Origin: Actinomycetota bacterium
Lineage (GTDB): Bacteria > Actinomycetota > Acidimicrobiia > Acidimicrobiales > AC-14
Reading direction: 5' to 3'
Assembly (NCBI GenBank): GCA_005888325.1
Contig: VAWU01000030.1
Location: forward strand, 80,349 to 133,890
Length of the DNA: 53,542 bases
Shown here: piece by piece, positions 29,631 to 38,312 of the stretch
Layout: every line of letters starts with the position of its first letter
Position numbering within the stretch: the first letter of the stretch is position 1
Notes under the pieces: model-generated
What the model saw: the letters and a program-made list of their open reading frames with translations, nothing else
Told to the model about the DNA's origin: nothing
Database searches by the model: none
Translations under genes and position numbers: made by a program

Positions 29631-30735
29631 ATGCGCACAGCGGCCACTGACCTCATCGGCATCGACGTCCCCATCTTCGGCTTCAGCCACTGCCGCGACG
29701 TCGTCGCGGCGGTGACCAACGCAGGCGGGTGCGGCGTCCTCGGTGCCGTCGCGCACACCCCCGAGCAGCTCGACATCGACCTCCGCTGGATCGAGCAGGA
29801 GGTGAAGGGAAAGCCGTTCGGCGTCGACCTGCTGGTGCCCGAGAAGTTCGCGGGCGCCGACGAGGGCGGTCTCGATCGCAGCGAGCTCGTCAAGCTGCTT
29901 CCCGAGGAGCACCGGCACTGGGTCGACGAGCTGCTCGCTCGCTACGACGTGCCACCTGCGCCCGCGGATCGACCCGAAGAGCATGGCGCCGCTCCTCGAC
30001 GTGCTGTTCGCACACGACACACACCTCGTCGCATCGGCGCTCGGGCCGCCGCCCGCACACTTCATCGAGCGGGCCCACGCCGCCGGCATCCCCGTCGCCG
30101 CGCTCGCAGGAGCGGTGGTGCACGCGGAGCGCCACGTGCGTGCCGGCGCCGACCTCATCGTCGCCCAGGGAACCGAGGCGGGCGGTCACACCGGGATGAT
30201 CGCCACCATGGTGCTGGTGCCCGAGGTCGTCGACGCGGTCGCGCCAGTGCCCGTCCTTGCCGCGGGAGGGATCGCCCGCGGTCGCCAGCTCGCGGCGGGC
30301 ATGGCTCTGGGGGCCGACGGCGTGTGGTGCGGCTCCGTGTGGCTCACGACCGACGAGGCCGAGACGCCGCCCTCGGTGAAGGACAAGTTCCTCAAGGCGG
30401 GCCTGGGCGACACCGTGCGGTCGCGCTCGATGACGGGCAAGCCGGCCCGGATGCTGCGGACGGCGTGGACCGACGAGTGGGAGAGAGCCGACGGCCCCGG
30501 TCCCCTCCCCATGCCGCTCCAGCCGATGCTCATCAGCGACGCGATGCGTCGCATCCATCGCGTCGCCTCGAAGGAGGGCACGGGCGCGAACGATCTCGCC
30601 ACGTACTTCGTCGGCCAGGTCGTCGGCAGCATGAACACGGTCCGGCCTACCCGCCGAGTCGTCCTCGAGATGGTGGAGGAGTTCATCGACACGGTGGAGC
30701 GGCTCGACAACCTCGTGAGCGAGGAAGACGGATGA
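29631..30735 (+). pseudogene. nitronate monooxygenase (NMO) whose frame is broken near ~29960-29970 (a 1-nt indel in a CCC run)
   Basis: The N-terminal part (29631..~29960) is in frame 0: DVPIFGFSHCRDVVAAVTNAGGCGVLGA...KPFGVDLLVP. The C-terminal part (from ~29965) is in frame +1: IDPKSMAPLLDVLFAHDTHLVASALGPPP...AQGTEAGGHTG...VLAAGGIARG. Confidence 0.6.
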
Positions 30736-30789
30736 AGGTGCGGACCCTGCCCGGTGACCATCGGCTCGTAACCGCACATGTTCGTTCTT

Positions 30790-30826
30790 GTCGTAGTTAG
30801 CCGTTTTCAGGACGGCTAACTACGAC
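30790..30826. promoter_or_regulatory. perfect 15-bp inverted repeat with a 7-nt loop (GTCGTAGTTAGCCGT tttcagg ACGGCTAACTACGAC)
   Basis: The palindrome sits between the NMO stop (30735) and the start of the first Gfo/Idh/MocA gene (30851). It is relatively AT-rich and no U-tract follows. Confidence 0.5.
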
Positions 30827-30850
30827 GCGAAGCGAGGCGCGAGGCACGCC

Positions 30851-31933
30851 ATGAGTGATCTGAATGCAGTCGTCGTCGGCACCAGCTTCGGCTGTCTCAC
30901 GCACGTTCGGGCCTTGCGCGCCGCGGGCTTCACCGTCAGCGCGCTCGTGGGACGCGATCCCGGGCGGACCCTCGAGCGGGCCAAGCGGTTCGACGTGCCG
31001 GTGGGCACGACATCGTTGGACGAGGCGCTCGCGCTCCCTGGTGTCGACGCGGTCACGATCGCGACACCGCCGCACACCCATGCGCCGATCGCGTCGGAGG
31101 CGATGCGCGCGGGAAAGCACGTCCTGTGTGAGAAGCCGTTCACGCGGGACGCGGCGGAAGCGCGCGCACTGCTCAAAGTGGCCCAGGACGCGGGAGTCGT
31201 CCACCTCCTCGGTACGGAATTCCGCTGGGGTACCGGGCCCGCGCTGATGGCCCGGGTGGTACGCGGCGGCGACATCGGCGAGCCCCGTCTGGCGACCTTC
31301 CTGCTGCACATCCCGCTCCTCGCCGATCCGGCGAGCGAGGTTCCCGAATGGTGGTCCGACAAGAGCCAGGGCGGGGGCTGGCTCGGCGCGCACGCCGCGC
31401 ACGTCGTGGATCAGGTGCGATCCACGCTGGGTGAGATCGCCGGCGTGAGCGCGTCGCTTCCCTCGTTGTCGGACCGGGCGTGGACGGCCGAAGACACCTA
31501 CGTCGTGCACTTCCGGACACACGGTGGCTGTGCCGGGATCATGCAATCGTCGGCGGCCGACCGCGGACCGTTCCTCATCACCTCACGCATCGCGGGCACG
31601 AAAGGCACGGTGTGGACGGAAGGCGATCGGGTTCAGATCGCCGACGCCTCCGGCCCCCGGGACGTGCCGGTTCCTGACGACCTGGTGACCGGACCGCCCG
31701 AACCACCGCCCGCCGACCTCCTCGTCACTGCGTACGACCTCCTCCACGCCACGGGGATCGACATCGGCCCGTACACGCGGCTGGCGGAGACGTTCCGCGA
31801 CCTCATCCTCGGCCGCGCGCCGGCCGAGGACCCCGCCCCGGCGACGTTCGTCGACGGCGTGGCGGTCATGGAGGTGCTCGATGCCATCCGCCGGGCGGCT
31901 GCCGAACGGAGCTGGGTTCCCGTCGATGGGTGA
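30851..31933 (+). CDS. Gfo/Idh/MocA family oxidoreductase (tandem paralog 1)
   Basis: Motifs include VVVGTSFGCLTHVRALRAAGF and EKPFTRD. Confidence 0.7.
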   Translation: MSDLNAVVVGTSFGCLTHVRALRAAGFTVSALVGRDPGRTLERAKRFDVPVGTTSLDEALALPGVDAVTIATPPHTHAPIASEAMRAGKHVLCEKPFTRDAAEARALLKVAQDAGVVHLLGTEFRWGTGPALMARVVRGGDIGEPRLATFLLHIPLLADPASEVPEWWSDKSQGGGWLGAHAAHVVDQVRSTLGEIAGVSASLPSLSDRAWTAEDTYVVHFRTHGGCAGIMQSSAADRGPFLITSRIAGTKGTVWTEGDRVQIADASGPRDVPVPDDLVTGPPEPPPADLLVTAYDLLHATGIDIGPYTRLAETFRDLILGRAPAEDPAPATFVDGVAVMEVLDAIRRAAAERSWVPVDG

Positions 31934-31984
31934 GCAGCGTCGGACGGACCTCGACGACCGGCGGGCGCGGGACGGGACGCGCGG

Positions 31985-33097
31985 ATGATCGGTGCCGTCG
32001 TGGTCGGCACGGGATTCGGCTGCATCACCCATGTGCGGGCGCTTCGGGCGGCCGGTTTCGATGTCGTCGCGGTCGTCGGACGTGATCCGGCGCGCACGGC
32101 GGAGAGAGCCGCGCGCTTCGGTGTGGAGAACGCATGCACGTCGCTCGCGGCCGCGCTCGAGCTGCCCGGTGTCGACGCCGTCACGATCGCGACACCGCCG
32201 CACACACACGCCGAGCTCACGCTCACGGCTGTCGCCGCGGGTCGGCACGTGCTGTGCGAGAAGCCGCTCGCCCGCGACCGGGCCGAGGCCGTCGAGGTCC
32301 TCGGGGCGGCCGAGGCCGCCGGCATCGTCCACCTGCTCGGGACCGAGTTCCGTTGGGACCCCGGACAGGCGACCTTGGCCCGGGCCGTCGCCTCGGGGCT
32401 CGTCGGCGAGCCGCGGTTGGTGACGGCCATCCTGCACGTGCCCGCCCTCGCCGACCCGGTCGCGCAGGTCCCGCCGTGGTGGGCCGATGTCTCGAGCGGG
32501 GGAGGGTGGCTCGGGGCGCACGGTTCGCAGGTGATCGACCAGGTCCGCGTGGCCCTGGGCGAGTTCGCCGGCGTCAGCGCATCGCTCGTCCGTGTCCGCG
32601 GCGCGGCGATGACGGCTGAAGACTCGTTCGTCGTGCACTTCCGGCTGAGATCGGGTGTCGTCGGAGTGCTGCAGAGCAGCGCCGCCGACTGGGGTCCCTA
32701 CATGATCGAGACCCGCATCGCCGGGAGCGCGGGCACGGCTTGGATCGACGGCATCAGCGCCGCGGTGTGGGTGAGCGACGCGACCGGCACCCGACGGCTG
32801 CCGATCGGCGACGACCTTCCGCAGCTGCAGCGTCCCGAGCCGCTGCCGGCCGGCGTGTTGCATACCGCGTACGACCACATGATCGCCCACGGCCTCGATC
32901 TGCCTCCGTACACGCGGCTGGCCGAAGCGTTCCGCGACCGGATCCTCGGGCGGCCTGTCGTGGACGACCCCCGTCCGGCCACCTTCGTCGACGGCGTCGA
33001 GGGCATGGCCGTGCTGGACGCCGTCCGCCTGTCGGCATCCGAAGGTCGCTGGGTCGACGTCGAGGCCGCGTCTACCGTGGAGGCGATTGGGCGGTGA
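31985..33097 (+). CDS. Gfo/Idh/MocA family oxidoreductase (tandem paralog 2)
   Basis: It is collinear with the upstream gene and similar over the whole length (VVVGTGFGCITHVRALRAAGF...EKPLARD). Confidence 0.7.
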   Translation: MIGAVVVGTGFGCITHVRALRAAGFDVVAVVGRDPARTAERAARFGVENACTSLAAALELPGVDAVTIATPPHTHAELTLTAVAAGRHVLCEKPLARDRAEAVEVLGAAEAAGIVHLLGTEFRWDPGQATLARAVASGLVGEPRLVTAILHVPALADPVAQVPPWWADVSSGGGWLGAHGSQVIDQVRVALGEFAGVSASLVRVRGAAMTAEDSFVVHFRLRSGVVGVLQSSAADWGPYMIETRIAGSAGTAWIDGISAAVWVSDATGTRRLPIGDDLPQLQRPEPLPAGVLHTAYDHMIAHGLDLPPYTRLAEAFRDRILGRPVVDDPRPATFVDGVEGMAVLDAVRLSASEGRWVDVEAASTVEAIGR

Positions 33098-33609
33098 GCG
33101 GCGAGCGCATCCCCCCGCCGCCGGTCGACGCGCTCGACCAGGCCACCGCAGAGCTGCTCCGCCTCGCCTCGGGCTCCGACGGCGAGCCGTTGCTCACGAT
33201 CGCAGTGCTCGCGCATCACCCTCCGCTCGTCGGCCCGTTCCTGGGGTGGGCGGCCGCGCTCGCGTTGCAGGGCGCGCTGTCGACGCGCGATCACGAGCTG
33301 CTCGCGCTGCGCACCGCCCGGCTCTGCGACTCGGACTTCGAGTGGGAAGAGCACGTCCGCTACGCGGAGGCCGCCGGGCTCAGCGCAGAAGAGATCGAGC
33401 GGGTGCGAGCCGGCCCCGATGCCGGGTGGGGCGAGCGCGAACGGTCGCTGTTACAGGCGGCCGACGAGCTGCACCGCGACCAATCGATCACCGATGCCAC
33501 GTGGTCCGCCCTTGTCGCACAGCACGATCGGGCTGCCCTGGTCGAGCTGCTCTACGTGGTCGGGCAGTACACGATGCTCTCGATGGTGGCGAACGCGATC
33601 AAGGGGTGA
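33094..33609 (+). CDS. carboxymuconolactone decarboxylase (CMD/AhpD-like) family protein
   Basis: The GTG start overlaps the upstream stop (GTGA). The CxxH-type region LCDSDFEWEEHVRYA is present. Confidence 0.55.
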   Translation: MSGERIPPPPVDALDQATAELLRLASGSDGEPLLTIAVLAHHPPLVGPFLGWAAALALQGALSTRDHELLALRTARLCDSDFEWEEHVRYAEAAGLSAEEIERVRAGPDAGWGERERSLLQAADELHRDQSITDATWSALVAQHDRAALVELLYVVGQYTMLSMVANAIKG

Positions 33610-33613
33610 TCGC

Positions 33614-34231
33614 TCACGGTCGCTGCGCGTCGACGTACAGCCGCCCGGTCTCGGACTCCGATGGATACGGCGCCCGCCGTTCGGCGAGCGCAACCTCGAG
33701 CCCGGCGGCCCGGCTCCATGCGGTCAGCTCGTCGAGCGCGAAGAAGGTCGCGGCCATCGGCACCGGCTCGTCGAGCAGTGTCTCGAGCTCGACCTCGCCT
33801 TCACCCTCGTGCGCGGAGAAGAGCACGCGACCCCCGGGCCGGAGCACCCGGTGGAACTCCCGCAGAACAGCAACCACCTCCGAACGTCGGACGTGGATCA
33901 ACGAGTAGAAGGCGAGCACCCCGCCGCACCCCTCGGTCGCGAGCGGCAGCGCACGCATGTCACCCGCCAGTGCGCCGTCGAGCCGACCGCCGGCGAGCCT
34001 CGCCATCTCGAGGCTGAGATCGATCCCGACGACGCGCCGCCCGCGCCGCCGCACGAAGTCGCCGATCTGGCCCGGCCCGCACCCGACCTCGACGACCGGA
34101 TCGCCGACTGACGCCGCGAACGTGGCGAGCAGCTCCCTGTCGCGGGGCTTGCCTCGTAGCTCGTGGAGGAAGCGGGTCTCGTACTTCCCCGCGACGCGGT
34201 CGTACGACGAGCCCACGCGATCCCACGTCAC
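33614..34231 (-). CDS. class I SAM-dependent methyltransferase
   Basis: Motif I is VVEVGCGPGQIGDFV and motif II is VLAFYSLIHV. Confidence 0.65.
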   Translation of the reverse strand: MTWDRVGSSYDRVAGKYETRFLHELRGKPRDRELLATFAASVGDPVVEVGCGPGQIGDFVRRRGRRVVGIDLSLEMARLAGGRLDGALAGDMRALPLATEGCGGVLAFYSLIHVRRSEVVAVLREFHRVLRPGGRVLFSAHEGEGEVELETLLDEPVPMAATFFALDELTAWSRAAGLEVALAERRAPYPSESETGRLYVDAQRP

Positions 34232-34271
34232 GCCGTCATCCTGTCAAGCGGTGGTGCCACGATGGGCGACG

Positions 34272-34691
34272 ATGACGGTCGACCCGGATCGAGTCGGCGA
34301 GACGCACGCCGATGGCCCCACACCCGTGACGGCGTGGGCCGGTGTGACCATCGACTGTCACGATGCGCGGCTCCTCGCCGGGTTCTGGTCGACGCTGCTC
34401 GATGTGCCCGCGAGACCGGCGGGAGCGGACCGGGCGGGCTGGTACCGCATCGGCCCGGCCGTTCGAGGCGGTCCCGTCCTGAACTTCCAGCCCGTGCCCG
34501 AGGAGAAGGCGGGCAAGGCGCGCGTCCACCTCGATCTCTGGGTCGACGATCTAGAGGAATCGATCGAGCTGGTGGAGCGTCTGGGGGGAGCGCGCCGCGG
34601 CGCCGTGCAGGTGCTCGAGCGTGGCCGGATCGCCGTCATGTCCGACCCGGAGGGGAACGAGTTCTGCCTGATCGCAAATCCGGCCGTGTAG
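34272..34691 (+). CDS. VOC/glyoxalase-like domain protein
   Basis: The ORF starts at the ATG at 34272 and is 139 aa. Motifs include VTIDCHDARLLAGFW and MSDPEGNEFCL. Confidence 0.55.
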   Translation: MTVDPDRVGETHADGPTPVTAWAGVTIDCHDARLLAGFWSTLLDVPARPAGADRAGWYRIGPAVRGGPVLNFQPVPEEKAGKARVHLDLWVDDLEESIELVERLGGARRGAVQVLERGRIAVMSDPEGNEFCLIANPAV

Positions 34692-34799
34692 ACCGGGCCG
34701 CTGCGACCCATCGCCTCCACGTCGGAGATGGAACCCTTCGCGAGGCGGCCGGTGTAGGGATGACTGTTGGTCCTGGCGCCGGAAGGGACGTGACGCGCG

Positions 34800-36725
34800 A
34801 TGTGCATGGTGAGGCGATTGGCGTGCGCGGCGACCATCGTGACGCTGATGACGGCACCCGCGTGCACGGGTGACAACGAGAAGGCGACGGCGCCTTCGGC
34901 GACCGCCGGCGCGAGGGTGCGTCCGCTGCCGCCTCCCGTCCAGGTCCGACCCGAGCCGGAGGGGGTCACGCTTGGCGATCCTGCGTTCGTGCCGTTGCCC
35001 GGTGCGCGCGCCGACTTCGGACGGCTCGGCGGGGCGGTGTACCGGATCGAGTTGCCCGAGCACTGGAACCGCCGCCTCGTGCTGTTCATGCACGGCTACG
35101 AGGAGCTCGGACCGGAAGCCCACGTCACCGCGCCCGACATTCGGAGATACCTGATCGCCAACGGCTACGCGTGGGGCGCTTCGAGCTTCAGCAGCACGTC
35201 GCTCATCCCGGGCCGGGCGGCCGACGAGACGGCCGCGCTCTGGGACCACTTCGCCCGGAAGTACGGGAGGCCGACGCGGACCTATGTGACCGGCCTCTCG
35301 ATGGGCGGCATGGCGACGCACATCGCGGCCGAGCGCTACGCCAGCCGCTTCGACGGCGCGCTCGCCCTGTGCGGCAGCGCGGGGCAGACCCCTGCCGTGA
35401 TGGCCAACGTCGACTTCTTCGTCGCCGGCGCCTTCATCGCGGGTGTCACCCAGCCGGAGCTCGACGCCGGCACCGACATCGCCGGCCTCGTGCGCGATCG
35501 CATCCTTCCCGCGCTTCGAGACCCGACCGCGCACGAGCGATTCGAACGGATCGTGCTCGACCTGACGGGCGGGCCGCGCTCGTCGGACCGCGAAGGCTTC
35601 AGCCTGGAGGAGGACACGAACTGGAGACGAGGTGAGCTGCTCGTTGCCGCCCACCTGGCACCGAACCGCGACACCCACTACGAGCTCGGACCGCTCAGCA
35701 CCGTCTCGAGCGACGAGTTCAACCGGGCCGTCGTACGCCTTCAGACGAACGACCCGCTCCTGCGCTCGTTCGTGGAGGGCAATGAGACCACGGGCCACCT
35801 CCGGATGCCTCTCTTGACGCTGCACACCACGGGCGACGGCCAGGTGCCGATCGAGCAGGCGCGCATCCTTCAGCGGCGCGTCGACGCGGCCGGCGCACGC
35901 GACCTGCTCGTGCAGCGGGTCATGCGCGACGCGAGCCACTGCGGGTTCACGAGCACCGAGGCGGAGGCCGGCCTCGAGGCTCTCGTCGCCTGGGTGGAGC
36001 ACGGCGTGAAGCCCAAGGGCACCAACGTCCTGGTCAAGGACCTGCGACGGTTGGACCGGACCTTCGAGCTCAGCCCGCGGCCCGGTACGCCGGAGGCGAG
36101 CTCGGTCAAGGGTGCCGGCGACCGTGTCGTGGTGCGCGGCCAGCTCACCCTCGACGGCGCCCCGTTCGACGCCAAGTGGCTCGGCGCGGTCGTGCGCAGG
36201 GCCGGGTTGGTCACTCCCTGCCAGTACACGCTCTCGCCGGTCACGAACGGTCGGTACGAGATCACCGTGCTCGCCGACGGCGAGGGGAGCGGATGCGGCG
36301 CGCCCGGTGCGGAGGTCGTGCTCTGGACGTTCGCTCGGAAGAAGCAGCTCTACAGCCGCGAGGCGGTGCGTTGGCCGGGAAACGGCGCCACGACGAGCTT
36401 CGACGCCACCTTCTCGACCTCGAGCCCGCAAGGCGCGGCTCCACCGACCTCGGACTTCGCAGGCGAGGTCTTCGCTCGCAACGGCCGGCAGTTGCCCCCC
36501 GGCACGCGGATCGAGGCATATGTGGGCGGGACGCGATGCGGCGTCGCGTCCGTGCGGCGCACGGGGAACTTCTCCGGGTACACCCTCTCCGTCGTCGGTC
36601 CCGACTCCATCGCCCGATGCGGACGCGGAGCAACGCTCACCTTTCGCATCGACGGCCGACGCGCGACGGACACCGCTGTCAACGAACCTTCCGGTCACGA
36701 ATCGTTCGACCTGACCCGGCCCTGA
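34800..36725 (+). CDS. lipoprotein with an alpha/beta-hydrolase domain (GLSMGG nucleophile elbow) and a C-terminal domain of unknown function
   Basis: It has a signal peptide plus lipobox (TAPAC). GxSxG is TGLSMGGMATH. Third codon positions are GC-rich. The 898-aa antisense ORF is Arg-rich junk. Confidence 0.65.
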   Translation: MCMVRRLACAATIVTLMTAPACTGDNEKATAPSATAGARVRPLPPPVQVRPEPEGVTLGDPAFVPLPGARADFGRLGGAVYRIELPEHWNRRLVLFMHGYEELGPEAHVTAPDIRRYLIANGYAWGASSFSSTSLIPGRAADETAALWDHFARKYGRPTRTYVTGLSMGGMATHIAAERYASRFDGALALCGSAGQTPAVMANVDFFVAGAFIAGVTQPELDAGTDIAGLVRDRILPALRDPTAHERFERIVLDLTGGPRSSDREGFSLEEDTNWRRGELLVAAHLAPNRDTHYELGPLSTVSSDEFNRAVVRLQTNDPLLRSFVEGNETTGHLRMPLLTLHTTGDGQVPIEQARILQRRVDAAGARDLLVQRVMRDASHCGFTSTEAEAGLEALVAWVEHGVKPKGTNVLVKDLRRLDRTFELSPRPGTPEASSVKGAGDRVVVRGQLTLDGAPFDAKWLGAVVRRAGLVTPCQYTLSPVTNGRYEITVLADGEGSGCGAPGAEVVLWTFARKKQLYSREAVRWPGNGATTSFDATFSTSSPQGAAPPTSDFAGEVFARNGRQLPPGTRIEAYVGGTRCGVASVRRTGNFSGYTLSVVGPDSIARCGRGATLTFRIDGRRATDTAVNEPSGHESFDLTRP

Positions 36726-36739
36726 AGCCGAGTGTCGGC

Positions 36740-37079
36740 AGCCCTCAATCGCTCCTGACGCCGCGGCGAGCCCCGGCGTGCTCCAGACGTGCCTGCGGGC
36801 GAGGGCGCCCGTGGCGAATGCGTCGGCGGTGGCGAGATCCGGGCCCAGGACCGTGACCGACGCCAGGTCGAGCGCGGCCCTGCCGGTGTGGGGATCGAAG
36901 ACGTGGGCGCCGCGTTCCGCAGTGCCCGACGTGGCGACCGCGCCATCGCCGAGCGACAGCACCGCGCAGCGGGCGTCGCGCACGAGCGGGTGGGCGATCC
37001 CGACCTGCCAGATGCGGCCGGGTTCCGGCTCGCCTCGCATGCGTACGTCGCCTCCCGCGTTGACGCAGTGATCCGCGGC
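36740..37079 (-). pseudogene. C-terminal fragment of an ApbE-family FAD:protein FMN transferase
   Basis: LVNAGGD-like AADHCVNAGGDV...WQVGIAHP...LGDGAVATSGTAERGAHVFDPHTGRAALDLASVTVLGPDLATADAFATGAL matches the ApbE C-terminal consensus. The ~220 N-terminal residues are absent. Confidence 0.5.
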
Positions 37080-37099
37080 ACCGCCCGCCGATCTCGTTG

Positions 37100-37449
37100 G
37101 CCTGCACCGCGGACAGCTCACCCGCCCGCATCGCTGTGTCCACCGCCGGCAGCTCGCCGAGCCGCGCCGCGGTCTCGAGCGCCGCCATCGCCGCACCCAC
37201 CGACGAGCCCGCCCGGCGCGCCAGCCAGTGGGCGGCGGAGCGCTCACCCGAGCCCCGCTACGGGTCCGAGGCCGCTACCTGCCGGGCGGCCAGCGCCCGG
37301 CCCGCATCGGCCAGCCTCTCGATGGTGGCAAAGGTGTCGACCAGACCCGCCGCCGCCTCGGCAGGCAGCGTCTCGGGCTCGAGCCCGGCCACGACCTCGC
37401 GCAATTCCGCTTCCACGTCGCACAGACGCATGACGTACTCCAACGCCAA
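37100..37449 (-). pseudogene. N-terminal DUF222 fragment of an HNH endonuclease / REP13E12-type protein. It has an internal stop and a frame change; the HNH part is missing.
   Basis: ...AGRALAARQVAASDP*RGSGERSAAHWLARRAGSSVGAAMAALETAARLGELPAVDTAMRAGELSAVQANEI matches the DUF222 consensus (g.rstaaWLa.rl.ls..eA...v..ar.L..lP.t.aalaaGeis). It is fused directly to the ApbE fragment. Confidence 0.5.
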
Positions 37450-37604
37450 GGACTACAGCTCACGGGGAAGCGAACATGCGTTCGATGGTAGCGGACCCCA
37501 ACGACAAGGCAACGTCTCGCCGCACCCCTTCGCTCAGGACGAGCCACTTCTAGTGTGAGTGCTCGTCGTTCGTGTCTCCACGCCGGGGAAAGAGGTCCGA
37601 GCCG

Positions 37605-38312
37605 ATGAGAGCGATCATCCTGGCTGCGGGGGTCGGACGGCGTCTCGGGGACAGCGTCACGGAGCGCCCGAAGTGCCTCCTCGAGCTCGAGGGCCGGACA
37701 CTCCTCGATCGGATGCTCGATGCGCTGGGGGCCGTGGGCGTACGCGACATCGTTGTCGTCATCGGCTACCTGGGGGAGCAGATCCGTGAAGCGGTGGCCG
37801 GCCGACAGGGTGTCCGCACGATCTTCAACCCGGAGTACCGAAAGGGCGCGGTCGTGTCGCTCTGGCGCGCGCGGGACTACTTCGACGACGACCTGCTCAT
37901 CATGGACGCCGACGTCCTCTTCCCGACGGAACTGCTCCGGCGTCTCGTCGACTCGCGCGACGAGAACTGCTTTCTGATGGACGCGTCCGGCGCAAACGAT
38001 GGTGAGGCGCAGATGCTGATGGCGCGTGAAGGACGCACCGTGGACATCACGCGTGGTCTCCGCGGCGAGTATGACGCGTGCGGCGAATCGATCGGCTTCC
38101 TGAAGCTCAACCAGGAGACCGCTCAGGTGCTCCTCCGGCTCATGGAAGGAGCAATGCGAGCGGGCCGAGACACCATCGAGCACGAGGAGCTCTACCCCGA
38201 CCTCATGCGCGAGTGCCGGATCGGCTACGTGACAACCGACGGCGTGCCGTGGACCGAGATCGACTTTCCCGAAGACGTGGAACGGGCGCGGCGAATGCTG
38301 AGCGCGCGATGA
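37605..38312 (+). CDS. nucleotidyltransferase, an IPCT / LicC-like alcohol-phosphate cytidylyltransferase
   Basis: An RBS (aagagg) precedes the ATG. The G-loop reads MRAIILAAGVGRRLG. The C-terminal WTEIDFPEDVERARRML resembles the end of an IPCT domain. Confidence 0.65.
   Translation: MRAIILAAGVGRRLGDSVTERPKCLLELEGRTLLDRMLDALGAVGVRDIVVVIGYLGEQIREAVAGRQGVRTIFNPEYRKGAVVSLWRARDYFDDDLLIMDADVLFPTELLRRLVDSRDENCFLMDASGANDGEAQMLMAREGRTVDITRGLRGEYDACGESIGFLKLNQETAQVLLRLMEGAMRAGRDTIEHEELYPDLMRECRIGYVTTDGVPWTEIDFPEDVERARRMLSAR

Noticed and set aside
34551-37247. 898-aa minus-strand ORF
   Set aside because: It is Arg-rich and of low complexity, and it is antisense to a well-supported lipoprotein/hydrolase gene. 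Only its N-terminal ~130 codons (the ApbE fragment) look genuine.
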